The notes: generated from the sequence alone by a model not told the origin. 64,000 nucleotides of DNA from Gammaproteobacteria bacterium (GCA_965215365.1 CBDCDS010000003.1:736001-800000), one strand, 5' to 3'; positions 54,410 to 64,000 are shown, numbered from the stretch's first letter. Program-made: numbers and translations.

Positions 54410-55953
54410 ACAAGGCCTCATTGCGTGCGGAGTTCGAGGCCATCCGAATGCGTTTTAAGGCGTTGTGCGCCGACGGCGCGCTGAGTCCCGAAGGGCGTGC
54501 GCTGTTCGAGTCGATGTTGCTGCTATTCGAGTTGCTGCTGGCGGTGTTCTTAGAGAAGACCACACCGAAGGGGGCGCACAACTCCAGCCTGCCCAGTTCC
54601 CGCACCGACCCCGATGACAGTGCGCGCACACGGCCCGGCAAGCAGGGCAAGGGGCCGCAGACCGGGACGGTGCCCAGCGCGTCCCGGCGCGTGGTGGCTC
54701 AGACCCGCACGGTGCCCGTGACCGGCTGCCGGGCCTGCGGGCATGATCTCAAAGGCACCGCCCCCACCGGCCATGTGCGACGAGTCAAGGTCGATATAGT
54801 CTTCGAGACGACCGAGTTGACCATTGACGCCGAGATAAAAACCTGTCCGCGCTGTGGCACTGAGACCCACGGGGCGTTTCCCGATGACATGCCGGGGCCT
54901 TTACAATACGGCCCTGGCATCGTGGCTTTCGCCACGCACCTGTTAACGGCCCAAATGCTCTCGCTCAAACGTACGGCGCAGACACTTCATGCACTGACCG
55001 GGCGCGCCGTCGCCGAGGCGACCTTACTGGCCTGGCTCACGCGGGTGCATGAGGCCCTGGCCGGGTGGGAGCGGGCGGCTATCGCCCGCCTGCTCACAGA
55101 GCCCGTGCTGCACGCCGATGAGACCTCCTTGCGCATCGACCGCACACAACACTGGCTGCACAGCACCAGTGCCGGGAACCTGGTACTGAAACACTGCCAC
55201 CGCAAGCGGGGCGGGGACGCCCTCAAGGACATCGGCATCGTCCCCCGCTACGGCGGTGTTCTCGTGCACGACCGCTGGGCCAGCTACTTCGCCTATGACA
55301 ACTGCGAGCATGCCCTGTGCGGCAGTCACCTGTTGCGTAACTTGGCCTTTATCGAGGACGCCCACGGCCATGCCTGGGCCCAACGTATGAGCCGCCTCCT
55401 GCTCAAGACCTGCCGACAGGTGCGCACACATAAAAACAAGGCACTCAGCGAGACCGACTACCAGTCCCTGCGCACCCGCTACCGGACTATCCTGACACAA
55501 GCCAAACGGGAACTCCCCACACCCCCGAAACGGCTCACCGGCCAACGCGGACGGATTGCCCAATGTGAGGCACAAAACCTCCATGATGCCCTCGTCAAGT
55601 ACGAAACCGAAGTCCTCCGCTTCGCCCGCGACCCCAACGTGCCGTTCACCAACAACCGCGCCGAACGCGATATCCGTATGGCTAAAGTCAAACAAAAAGT
55701 CTCCGGCTGCTTCCGAACCACCGCCTACGCCGACACCTACTGCCGCATCTCCAGCTACTTGCAGTCTATGACCCTGAAGGGCTACAATCCCCTCGCCGCC
55801 ATCGAGATAGCACTCAAGGGAGACGCCGCCACCATGGTGGAAAAACCGCTCAAAAATAAAACGGTTAAGAAAAACCAGATCAGAACAAGAGATCAGGGTA
55901 AGGGGGCGAGTAGTTACCTTTTTTTGATAGTATATTCGTATGATGATGATTAA
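54397..55953 (+). CDS. IS66 transposase TnpC
   Basis: NSSLPSS, CxxC zinc-finger pairs, HADET, VHDRW, LCGSHLLR, PFTNNRAERDIRMAKVKQKVSG; reads through the right IR. Confidence 0.92.
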   Translation: MATVNKASLRAEFEAIRMRFKALCADGALSPEGRALFESMLLLFELLLAVFLEKTTPKGAHNSSLPSSRTDPDDSARTRPGKQGKGPQTGTVPSASRRVVAQTRTVPVTGCRACGHDLKGTAPTGHVRRVKVDIVFETTELTIDAEIKTCPRCGTETHGAFPDDMPGPLQYGPGIVAFATHLLTAQMLSLKRTAQTLHALTGRAVAEATLLAWLTRVHEALAGWERAAIARLLTEPVLHADETSLRIDRTQHWLHSTSAGNLVLKHCHRKRGGDALKDIGIVPRYGGVLVHDRWASYFAYDNCEHALCGSHLLRNLAFIEDAHGHAWAQRMSRLLLKTCRQVRTHKNKALSETDYQSLRTRYRTILTQAKRELPTPPKRLTGQRGRIAQCEAQNLHDALVKYETEVLRFARDPNVPFTNNRAERDIRMAKVKQKVSGCFRTTAYADTYCRISSYLQSMTLKGYNPLAAIEIALKGDAATMVEKPLKNKTVKKNQIRTRDQGKGASSYLFLIVYSYDDD

Positions 55954-56539
55954 CCCAAATTGTACTTTCAATTCTCTGGTCTGTGCCGTGGTTATCGTTG
56001 GGTTGTCCGTGATAGCAACGAATGCATGTACGCAACAGGAAAAGATTGACCAACTCCTCCAATCTGCAGAACAGGCTGCAGAACAGGGTGATGCCGATGC
56101 ACAGTTCACTCTTGGCGTGATGTATAGGCAGGGTGAAGGCGTACCTCAAGACCCTACAGAGGCAGTGAAGTGGTATCGTCTGGCGGCGGAGCAGGGTGAT
56201 GCCGGTGCACAGTTCAATCTTGGCGTGATGTATGAGCAGGGTAAAGGCGTACCTCAAGACCCTACAGAGGCAGTGAAGTGGTATCGTCTGGCGGCGGAGC
56301 AGGGTTATGCCGGTGCACAGTTCAATCTTGGCTTGGTATATCGTTTAGGACAAGGTGTGACACAAGATTATGTTGAATCCCACAAATGGCACAATCTCGC
56401 CGCCTCGCGCTCAACAGGTGACTTGCATGAGCGAGCGTCTGAAGCACGCGAGAGTGTTGCCCAACTAATGACTCCGACCCAAATCGCCGAAGCTCAGCGT
56501 CTCGCTGGAGAGTGGGCAAAAACACATGAAGATAATTGA
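55940..56539 (+). CDS. Secreted Sel1-repeat protein
   Basis: Signal-like N-terminus; three AEQG.A.AQFNLG repeats, two from near-identical 108-bp units. Confidence 0.9.
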   Translation: MMMINPNCTFNSLVCAVVIVGLSVIATNACTQQEKIDQLLQSAEQAAEQGDADAQFTLGVMYRQGEGVPQDPTEAVKWYRLAAEQGDAGAQFNLGVMYEQGKGVPQDPTEAVKWYRLAAEQGYAGAQFNLGLVYRLGQGVTQDYVESHKWHNLAASRSTGDLHERASEARESVAQLMTPTQIAEAQRLAGEWAKTHEDN

Positions 56540-56644
56540 AAAGGCTGCTCGGATCTTATGACGGAACCTATCTGAACTACCACTCTGGAATACGCAGTCA
56601 ACATGCAGTCTCATAGTTCTCCTCGCTTGCTCCGGTCAAACCCA

Positions 56645-57028
56645 CTACGACGATGGCCTGAAACGTTTGACGTGCAGCCCGTCAATAAAACGGAAATCCT
56701 TGTAATTGGCGGTGTACAGGGTTTCCTGATGATGGAGTGCTGTTGCTGCAATAAACGCATCACCCAGACTGAGGTTATTACTGAGTGCATACTGCCGGAT
56801 TAAAACGTCGGCAGTGACGCTTATTTCATTGGAGCAGTGGATAACTTGACATCTTGCCGTCCGTAAGAAGCTCTCCAGGTCAGCGAGTTCCTTTTTGTCC
56901 CGGCAACCCTGTACAAGTTCCATACGCGAAACTACTGAGATTCTCAGATCCTTCTCTGCAAGAATAGTGTCCTGCGCTTTTTCGTCGCCTCTTTCTGCGA
57001 AAATAAAAATATCCGTATCAAATATCAT
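56645..57028 (-). CDS. VapC PIN-domain toxin
   Basis: IFDTDIFI, SRMELVQG, DAFIAATA, TANYKDF. Confidence 0.9.
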   Translation of the reverse strand: MIFDTDIFIFAERGDEKAQDTILAEKDLRISVVSRMELVQGCRDKKELADLESFLRTARCQVIHCSNEISVTADVLIRQYALSNNLSLGDAFIAATALHHQETLYTANYKDFRFIDGLHVKRFRPSS

Positions 57029-57270
57029 CTGATCCCGCGTCCTTTTCTTGCCTGTTTCAGTTGCTCTATTGCAGCATAAGGGTCATCTCCCCGCCTGCGA
57101 TTAAAATAGGCATTGACGACTCGTTGATCAAATTTATCATTCTTCATTCCGGCAGGATTGACGTGTCCGATGACTTTGCCGTGAAAGGTCAATTCGACAA
57201 CTTCTCCACGTTCGATAGCCTGACGTAGTTCATAAGTACCCGAGCGTAGGTTGGTGAGTGATAGTTGCAT
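57025..57270 (-). CDS. Antitoxin (Phd/YefM-like N-terminus)
   Basis: LTNLR...ERGEVVELTFHGKVIG; overlaps the toxin start. Confidence 0.75.
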   Translation of the reverse strand: MQLSLTNLRSGTYELRQAIERGEVVELTFHGKVIGHVNPAGMKNDKFDQRVVNAYFNRRRGDDPYAAIEQLKQARKGRGIR

Positions 57271-57383
57271 ACTGCGCCGTCCTCCATCAAAGAGAGGTCA
57301 ATGGTAGCATAGTATACGTTTTATATTGTGTGTTTTCAAATACGACATCGCCGTTAAATACGGTATCCTCCTGCTTTAGTATG

Positions 57384-57513
57384 ACGGGAAACGCATGGCG
57401 AGAACTATCATGAGGCGCCTTGCTATTCTAAAAGCTGCCGGTTCACTGGCATTGGTGCCAACAACTCCCCCTGAGAGGAGGCACCAGCTGGGAAGTGATC
57501 GAAAGGGACAATA
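57384..57513 (+). repeat. 130-bp copy of an internal higB segment
   Basis: Matches 59864-59993 with about 5 mismatches. Confidence 0.88.
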
Positions 57514-57615
57514 TCGGCCTGGGACTGAAGTTTCGGGGCGCGCCACGCCGGTCCGTTCCCCTCCGGCAACACCCGATCCAACGTGTCGCAAAGCGGTTAA
57601 GGCGCCTCTAAAAAC

Positions 57616-58806
57616 CTATCCGGCAACTATTGTCTCAATACCCTGTTGCCAGGGCATAACCTGAATGGGCCCGAGCGAATATTTGTGGGCAGCCTGACAC
57701 AGACATATTTGCTTTGCCGCCTCATTCTCCGCTGCAAACGCGCTGAGCCCCTTCAAATCAGACTCCCTTGGCGCCGGTTGGGATTTGATTTCAATCGCCA
57801 CAGGCGCATCCTGCAGGCCGCGCGTCAACACCAAATCGACCTCCATGCCGCTGTTGGTGCGCCAGTAATGGAAACGGTAACCCGCTTCGTTATAGTCATT
57901 GGCCCTGATTAACTCGTTCACAACAAACGTCTCAAACAGCCTTCCATAACGATAACTGCCGGGCCTTAATTCCGTCCGCAACTCTCCTCTGATGGCGTTC
58001 AGTACGCCGCAGTCAAAGAAGTAGTACTTCGGGCTTTGGCGCAACTGTTTGCGTACCGAACGGCTCCAGCCGTCAATGCGGAAAACAATCAGGGTATCGA
58101 CTAGGATGTCAAAATACTCCTGCGCGGTTTTCACGCTGACACCGCTGTCCCGGGCAATGGCTGAATAATTCACAGGTTCGCCGTTGACCTGCCCGGCCAA
58201 ATCCAGCAAGCGCATGAACTGAGCAACCTTGCGCACCAGTAATTCCTGCATGACCTCTTCCCTGAGATAGGTTTCCACATAGGCTTTCAGTGAGCGGCTG
58301 GCGGCAGCAAAACTTTCCTGGTAAAACCCTGGCAAAGTGCCAACAGTCAGCGCCTTGTGCAGGTCCGGCCCCACCTCCTGCACACTGAGCGGGTGTAACT
58401 TCAGCGTCCAGGCCCGCCCAGCCAGAAGATTGGCCCCGGAACGTTTCAACTTCCTGGCGCTGGAACCCGTTAACAGGAACTGGACCCTGCCTTGATGGCA
58501 CTCAATGAAGTAATGCACCTCATCCAGCAACGCCGGCATCTTCTGCACTTCGTCAACCAGCACCATCAACATGTCCGCAGCCGGAATATCCCGAAGCCGT
58601 TGCTCAAGCTCAAGGCGAAACAATCCAGGCTCAGCGCTATAACGCCTGCAGGTTTCCAAGCTTAACAAGTCAACACTCACAGCATACCGCGCCCGCCCCA
58701 ACCAACCCTGCGCCAACACAGTCTTGCCCACCCCCCTGGGCCCAAACAGAAAAGCCGACTTGTTATGCTTCAGCAGTTCGGCAAGATTCAGTTTCCTCTG
58801 GTACAT
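57616..58806 (-). CDS. AAA+ ATPase with DUF4143 (COG1373)
   Basis: GPRGVGKT, VDEVQK, TGSSARKL, YFFDCG, EVDLV, IEIKS. Confidence 0.9.
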   Translation of the reverse strand: MYQRKLNLAELLKHNKSAFLFGPRGVGKTVLAQGWLGRARYAVSVDLLSLETCRRYSAEPGLFRLELEQRLRDIPAADMLMVLVDEVQKMPALLDEVHYFIECHQGRVQFLLTGSSARKLKRSGANLLAGRAWTLKLHPLSVQEVGPDLHKALTVGTLPGFYQESFAAASRSLKAYVETYLREEVMQELLVRKVAQFMRLLDLAGQVNGEPVNYSAIARDSGVSVKTAQEYFDILVDTLIVFRIDGWSRSVRKQLRQSPKYYFFDCGVLNAIRGELRTELRPGSYRYGRLFETFVVNELIRANDYNEAGYRFHYWRTNSGMEVDLVLTRGLQDAPVAIEIKSQPAPRESDLKGLSAFAAENEAAKQICLCQAAHKYSLGPIQVMPWQQGIETIVAG

Positions 58807-58916
58807 ACTCCATTTTTATATTATAAATTTGGAGTATTGTCAAAATTTGTAATATCTTTGCGATTGGATTACTGGTACTGACACCAGAAGGATCACACGG
58901 GCTCGTTACTCACCCT

Positions 58917-59015
58917 AAAAAACGGCTCGATCTGCCTACCGAACTCTACACAATATTACAGATTTTGAGCCTGACCCTGTTTGAAAAAGTCTCATTGTAT
59001 CAACTACTTACCCAA
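58917..59015 (+). mobile_element. IS4-family 3' remnant
   Basis: Reverse complement of about 10540-10638 (KKRLDLPTELYTILQILSLTLFEKV). Confidence 0.75.
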
Positions 59016-59180
59016 AAAGAATATCAGATTCCAGTAGATCGGTCTGCCGTCATGCCTCGATTTAAGCTGTTGCAGATACGCTCCTATAAGACCACATCCG
59101 ACAGCTATCAGTAGGCAAATAAAAATCCATGTTGCGGTGGTCATCTCAATGACATTTTTAGCTTGTTCTGCTTCCATTGT

Positions 59181-59428
59181 TCAACCCACAACATCATTCC
59201 AGTATCGTTTCAACTCGAACGGAACCTCGCCATCCTTCTCTACCAGAGATACGTACTCATTAACAAACCTGTCTGTATCAGCCACCAGCCGAAGGTAATA
59301 TTTGATAGTTGTGGCAACGCCATTTACGATTACCTGGCAGCCGTAGTTCTGACGAATAACAAGCAATAGCTTTGTGATTTCAGCCATCTCGCCTGACGGA
59401 ACGGTCTCGTTTGTACTGAGGACGTAAT
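59181..59428 (-). pseudogene. C-terminal gene fragment, possibly of a restriction endonuclease
   Basis: YYVLST...GCQVIVNGV..TIKYYLRL; no plausible start; family recalled from memory only. Confidence 0.35.
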
Positions 59429-59793
59429 AGGTCCTTAAACTGTTCCCGGTCAACGGCTTCGCGCCCCGCCTTGTACCCGGCGCACGTCGCCGAGGACGCA
59501 CAGCAAAATGCGCCGTCTCCTTCACGGTCTCACACGGTGCAGACCCAACCCCGCCGCGTGCACAGAGACCAGATAAGTTACACAGCAAGTAAAATGTCAA
59601 TAAGCAGCCGGGACGCATTTGCGGTGCTCAGGCTGGTTGGGGTTCATCTTCAAACGCGGCTCCGAAAGCCACCCTAATGTGGCCAAGCCGGTATGAATTT
59701 TCATACCGGCTTTATTAAGCGCTGTTTTCACCTTGCAGGCAACCAATAAAATATGATAAAATATTACCTGTCCCGTAACGATAATACGTCATA

Positions 59794-60129
59794 GTGAAAA
59801 TCGATTTTCAGAACCGAAAACTTGAGAAAATATTTAATTCGACGGGAGATCTTCAAAAGCAATACGGGAAACGTATGGCGAGAACTATCATGAGACGCCT
59901 TGCTGTTCTAAAAGCTGCCGGTTCACTGGCATTGGTGCCAACAACTCCCCCTGAGAGGAGGCACCAGCTGGGGAGTGATCGAAAGGGGCAATACGCTGTC
60001 GATCTTATTCATCCGTACCGGCTGATTTTCAAACCGAACCACGAGCCTGTTCTGAGAAAGCAAGACGGTGGGATAGACACGGAACAAGTAACCGCAATCA
60101 CAATCATTGAAATAGTTGACTATCACTGA
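59794..60129 (+). CDS. HigB-like (RelE superfamily) toxin
   Basis: F.NRKLEK...RHQL..DRKGQYAVDL.HPYRLIF...IIEIVDYH. Confidence 0.88.
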   Translation: MKIDFQNRKLEKIFNSTGDLQKQYGKRMARTIMRRLAVLKAAGSLALVPTTPPERRHQLGSDRKGQYAVDLIHPYRLIFKPNHEPVLRKQDGGIDTEQVTAITIIEIVDYH

Positions 60130-60143
60130 CCGGAGATAGAGAT

Positions 60144-61229
60144 ATGCTGACGGCAACCAATCAATACACACCGGACTATACAGTGTCGCCGGGTGAGATC
60201 CTGAATGAGCGCATCGTCGCGCAAGGAATCTCGCAAGCCGAACTTGCCCGGCGTTGTGGTCACTCTGCAAAACTGATCAGCGAAATCATTAACGGTAAAG
60301 CACCGCTCAATCCACGTCTGGCACTGGAGTTTGAGAAGGTACTGAGTGTTGACGCCAGTATCTGGCTCAATATAGAAACGGATTACAGATTGTATATGGC
60401 CCGTAAAGCAGAAGCACGCGAAGCAGTTGATGCTGCCGCTTGGCTGGAGCAATTTCCGATAAGGGAACTTGTAAAGCGGGGAATTTTTGATAAACCGGAG
60501 TCGGATACAGATAAGATGTCAAAACTGCTTTCGTTCTTTGGAGTAGCTTCGATTAAGGCGTGGAGCATGAAGTATGGATTGGCTAATGTAGTTTATCGGC
60601 ACTCGCGGAGATTCGAGAGTGATCAGGCTGCTTTAGCAACATGGCTTCGACTTGGAGAGCTGGACGCTGAAGGACAGGAGTGTGTTGATTACAACGAGAC
60701 AAAGTTCAAGCGCTCGCTCAAGAAAATCCGGAGACAGACGCGTGCACCAATAGAAGATGCACTAATGCAGGCAATGCATCTCTGTAATGAGGCAGGAGTC
60801 GCGCTTACTCTTGTTAAACCATTACCTAAAATTGCACTTAGTGGCGCCGCCTGGTGGCTTTCCCCTAAAAAAGCTATGATACAACTCAGCGCGCGCCATA
60901 AGACAGATGACCACCTCTGGTTCAGCCTGTTCCACGAAGCGGCTCACCTTCTCCTCCACAGTAAAAAGACCATTTTCACAGACTCCAGAAATGGTGGGAG
61001 TACAGAGATCGAAGTAGAAGCAGACAACTGGGCATCAAATAAACTCATTCCACGTTCGAACTGGAATCGTTTTATCGCGACTTCTCTGTTCAGCAAGACA
61101 GCAATTCAATCTTTTGCGGAGGAACAAGGTATTGCCCCTGGCATAGTTGTGGGTGCGCTTCAACATGAAGGATATATTCCCTGGTCTCATATGAATGGTT
61201 TGAAGGTACGACTGGAATGGAAGCAATAA
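60144..61229 (+). CDS. HigA-like HTH antitoxin fused to an ImmA/IrrE metallopeptidase
   Basis: SPGEIL, SQAELARR, WFSLFHEAAHLLLH (HExxH), EVEADNWA. Confidence 0.88.
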   Translation: MLTATNQYTPDYTVSPGEILNERIVAQGISQAELARRCGHSAKLISEIINGKAPLNPRLALEFEKVLSVDASIWLNIETDYRLYMARKAEAREAVDAAAWLEQFPIRELVKRGIFDKPESDTDKMSKLLSFFGVASIKAWSMKYGLANVVYRHSRRFESDQAALATWLRLGELDAEGQECVDYNETKFKRSLKKIRRQTRAPIEDALMQAMHLCNEAGVALTLVKPLPKIALSGAAWWLSPKKAMIQLSARHKTDDHLWFSLFHEAAHLLLHSKKTIFTDSRNGGSTEIEVEADNWASNKLIPRSNWNRFIATSLFSKTAIQSFAEEQGIAPGIVVGALQHEGYIPWSHMNGLKVRLEWKQ

Positions 61230-61238
61230 ATAAAAATA

Positions 61239-61265
61239 TCTGTATCAGATATCATCTGATACAGA
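61239..61265. terminator. Hairpin downstream of higA
   Basis: TCTGTATCAGAT-atc-ATCTGATACAGA; no strong U-tract. Confidence 0.4.
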
Positions 61266-61337
61266 GGTATCTTGTAGTTAAACAGCCGTTTTGATGATAC
61301 CGTTACGGTCGTTTACAAATCACACGCGGGGAAACAC

Positions 61338-62177
61338 ATGGCCGGGTTTGTATTGGATTATTCACGTTATTGCGTGCCGACGGAGGGTCACTTTGCACTG
61401 ACTGATATCGACCCGGGAGACAGTCAGGGCCTGGTGCGGGAACGGGATGGGGCGCAGGTGAAGGCGCGATTGGCCGAGGTTCAGGTGCGGCTTGACGAGT
61501 TGCAGCATCGGTTATTTGCCGAGTCCAAACAGGCGTTGTTGCTGGTGTTGCAGGCCATGGATACCGCCGGCAAGGATAATACTATCCGCCGCGTGATGGC
61601 GCCGCTGAATCCCATGGCCTGTCGGGTGACGAACTTCAAGTCACCGAGCGGCGCCGAACGGGCGCGGGATTTTCTCTGGCGCGTGCACTCGCACGTGCCG
61701 CGCAAGGGCTCTATCGGTGTGTTCAACCGCTCCCATTATGAAGATGTGCTCATCGCCCGCGTGCACGGTCTGGCCCCGCTCGAACTGGTTGAAAAACGTT
61801 ACGACCATATCAATGACTTTGAAAGGATGTTGACCGACCACAGCACCCGCATCGTCAAGGTGATGCTGCACATCTCCAAGGAGTACCAGTTAAAACGGCT
61901 ACAGCGGCGGCTGCAGCGGGCGGACAAACACTGGAAATTCCTGCCGGATGACTTACGCGACCGGGAACGCTGGGACGATTACATGGCAGCCTACGACATT
62001 ATGCTGCAACGCTGCTCCACGCCTTATGCGCCCTGGTATGTCATTCCCGCAGAAAACCGCTGGTTGCGCAACCTGATTATCAGCCAACTGCTGCTCGATA
62101 ACCTAGAAGACATGAACCCGCAATTTCCTGCGCCGCAGTTCGACCCGGCGGACTATCCGCCCGAAACAATTACTTGA
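61338..62177 (+). CDS. Polyphosphate kinase 2 family (class III-like)
   Basis: LQAMDTAGKD, FNRSHYEDV, LHISKE, WKF...D, PWYVIPA. Confidence 0.9.
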   Translation: MAGFVLDYSRYCVPTEGHFALTDIDPGDSQGLVRERDGAQVKARLAEVQVRLDELQHRLFAESKQALLLVLQAMDTAGKDNTIRRVMAPLNPMACRVTNFKSPSGAERARDFLWRVHSHVPRKGSIGVFNRSHYEDVLIARVHGLAPLELVEKRYDHINDFERMLTDHSTRIVKVMLHISKEYQLKRLQRRLQRADKHWKFLPDDLRDRERWDDYMAAYDIMLQRCSTPYAPWYVIPAENRWLRNLIISQLLLDNLEDMNPQFPAPQFDPADYPPETIT

Positions 62178-63048
62178 CAAATTGAGTTCCGACTCCGGTG
62201 TCGGTGAGGATCTCGTTAATGAAGGAATCGGCGTCGCCGCGAATGATATGAGACTTGCTGACGCCGTGTTGCAGGGGTTGCAGGCAAGCCTGTACCTTGG
62301 GAATCATACCACCGTGGATGACCCCCGTTTTGATCAGCGCCTCGGCCTGCTGCTCGGTGAGGGTCGGCAACAACACGCCGTCGGCATCTTGCACGCCGTC
62401 CTCGTCGGTCATCAGGATCAGTTTTTCCGCCCGCATCGCCCCGGCAATGGCGCTGGCGACTTCATCGGCGTTGACATTGTAACCGGGCTCACCATCTTCC
62501 AGCCCCGAGGTAATCGCGGTAACGATGGGCACAGCTGCGGCAGGCTGTTGCGCCAAGGAGGCAGCATCCACGCGCACCGGTTCGCCCACATAACCGAGTT
62601 CGGCCTGCTTTTGTCGGGAACGCACCAGGCCACTGGTTCTGTCAAAGATAACGCCCTGGTAGCCGCGGTGCGCCACCGCATCCCGCACCATGCGGCTGAT
62701 CTCCAGGAACACTTCGTTGGCCAGTTCCAGCACCTCCCGGGAAGTGACCCGCAGTCCGTTCTGCTTACTCGGCTGCAGGCCCAGCGCCTGCATGCGCCGG
62801 TCCAGTTGGCGGGCGCCGCCATGCACTAAAATGACGTTAATGTCCAAGCGTTTCAGGAATGCAACATCACTGACCAGCGCCGGGATTAAACGCTCATCCT
62901 GCAGGATCGAGCCGCCTATCTTGAGTACGAACTTCTTACCCTGAAAGGCCTCCAGGTAAGGAATGGCCTGCCGCAGGGCGTTCCCGTCAAAGTCATGTTG
63001 TTCGGCAAGTTTCCTGGCCGTTTCCAATAGGACGAGCTTGTAGGGCAT
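62170..63048 (-). CDS. argB: Acetylglutamate kinase
   Basis: AIPYL..F.GK.FVLKIGG, VHGG, GLRVT, NVNAD, GGMIPKV. Confidence 0.9.
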   Translation of the reverse strand: MPYKLVLLETARKLAEQHDFDGNALRQAIPYLEAFQGKKFVLKIGGSILQDERLIPALVSDVAFLKRLDINVILVHGGARQLDRRMQALGLQPSKQNGLRVTSREVLELANEVFLEISRMVRDAVAHRGYQGVIFDRTSGLVRSRQKQAELGYVGEPVRVDAASLAQQPAAAVPIVTAITSGLEDGEPGYNVNADEVASAIAGAMRAEKLILMTDEDGVQDADGVLLPTLTEQQAEALIKTGVIHGGMIPKVQACLQPLQHGVSKSHIIRGDADSFINEILTDTGVGTQFVK

Positions 63049-63198
63049 GATAGGGCAAAGAGGGTTAATGCTGAAGGTTTGTACGAGGCCATACTACCGG
63101 GCGAGAGCGGGAATGACAAGCGCAGTGCAGAGTCGGCATTTGGCGGGAATGGCTGAGCAGGGAAACAGGAATGACAAATTGAATGATAAAATAGCCGC

Positions 63199-64000
63199 AT
63201 GAAAAAAGCCTTGTTTATTACGCTGGCACTCGGGATCGCCGCCATGCTGGGCTACCTGGTCGCCAGGGACAACGAGTCGGGAAGGCGCGCAACCGTCATG
63301 TCTTCGGCAGACTGCAGCACGACCTCCGAACACGATGGCATGGTCTGGATCGAAGGCGGCGTTTATACCGGCGGCGCAACCGGTTTCTACACGGAGGAAA
63401 GCCCGCTACGAGAAGTGCAGGTCGAGGGCTTCTGGATCGACCGGTTTGAAGTCACCAACGCCCGCTTCGCCGAGTTTGTGGCCGCCACCGGCTACGTCAC
63501 CGTGGCAGAGCGCCCACTGCAACCGGCGGATTTCCCCGGCATCGATCCGGCCTTGCTGCAAGCCGGGTCGGTCGTGTTCACCATGCCGACGGCCGCGGAC
63601 GGCAAGCTGACCCAGTGGTGGCGCTTCGTCCCCGGCGCGCATTGGCGCCAGCCCGCCGGGCCGGGCAGTTCCATCGAAGGTCTGGAGCAACATCCGGTCG
63701 TGCATGTCACCCACGAGGATGCGCAGGCTTTCGCCGAGTGGCATGGCCATGACCTGCCCACGGAGGCGCAATGGGAGTACGCGGCGCGGGGCGGCCTGGA
63801 GCAGGCCGTGTATGCCTGGGGCGATGAATTTCTGGTTGCGGGCAAGCACCAGGCCAATACCTGGCAGGGGATGTTCCCGCTGCTGAACGAGCGGGAAGAC
63901 GGCTACACCGGCAGCGCCCCGGTCGGTTGCTTCCCCGCCAACGGCTACGGCCTGCATGACATGATCGGCAACGTGTGGGAATGGGTCGATGACTGGTATT
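63199..64000 (+). CDS. Formylglycine-generating enzyme (FGE-sulfatase) family protein, cut by the window end
   Basis: Manual translation MKKALF...FWIDRFEVTN...HPVVHV...LPTEAQWEYAARGG...NGYGLHDMIGNVWEW. Confidence 0.9.
   Translation, partial: MKKALFITLALGIAAMLGYLVARDNESGRRATVMSSADCSTTSEHDGMVWIEGGVYTGGATGFYTEESPLREVQVEGFWIDRFEVTNARFAEFVAATGYVTVAERPLQPADFPGIDPALLQAGSVVFTMPTAADGKLTQWWRFVPGAHWRQPAGPGSSIEGLEQHPVVHVTHEDAQAFAEWHGHDLPTEAQWEYAARGGLEQAVYAWGDEFLVAGKHQANTWQGMFPLLNEREDGYTGSAPVGCFPANGYGLHDMIGNVWEWVDDWY

Larger units (their letters stand above)
53640..55917 (+). mobile_element. IS66-family element carrying a DNA adenine methyltransferase
   Basis: Perfect 17-bp IRs GTAACTACTCGCCCCCT / AGGGGGCGAGTAGTTAC enclosing MTase and TnpC; no clear TSD. 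Confidence 0.88.

Noticed and set aside
56080-56340. Diversity-generating retroelement TR/VR pair
   Set aside because: In-frame Sel1 repeats explain the duplication, and no reverse transcriptase is present
59430-59712. Possible IS end or structured RNA upstream of higB
   Set aside because: Only an isolated hairpin and an ACA-ending segment; no partner end or recognisable motif
53317-61260. Integron cassette array
   Set aside because: Genes lie in mixed orientation, and no recurring attC-like sites or intI were seen

Overview
GC-rich gammaproteobacterial chromosome segment; the many Sel1, toxin-antitoxin (TA), restriction-modification (RM) and IS genes suggest a marine, host-associated lineage (inference). 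Core blocks: prx-cmoB-trhO-actP-oxyR-katG; icd-aceK-apbE-yaaA; rpmG-rpmB-radC-coaBC-algC-pyrE-xth; yggT-proC-yggS; tRNA-Glu(CTC)-pcnB-folK-panB-panC-regA-regB-cinA-cmoA; ppk2-argB. Four AT-richer accessory regions interrupt them. (1) A ~13 kb defence island at the katG 3' end, with two duplicated katG fragments, a tyrosine-recombinase remnant, AbiEii, a PLD-SNF2 helicase/HigA/type IIG MTase/HipA kinase/HIRAN operon and a frameshifted Dam-type MTase. (2) An AbiF HEPN gene with its promoter and upstream structured RNA, between two IS481-family copies. (3) A TA/IS islet at the tRNA-Glu 3' end. (4) A region with an IS66-family element that carries its own DNA adenine methyltransferase, plus Sel1, VapBC, a DUF4143 ATPase and HigBA. 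A modular TA-flanked MITE family forms a 3x242-bp array and a 324-bp palindrome and supplies start or stop codons to neighbouring genes. All calls come from motif recognition by eye; no searches were run.
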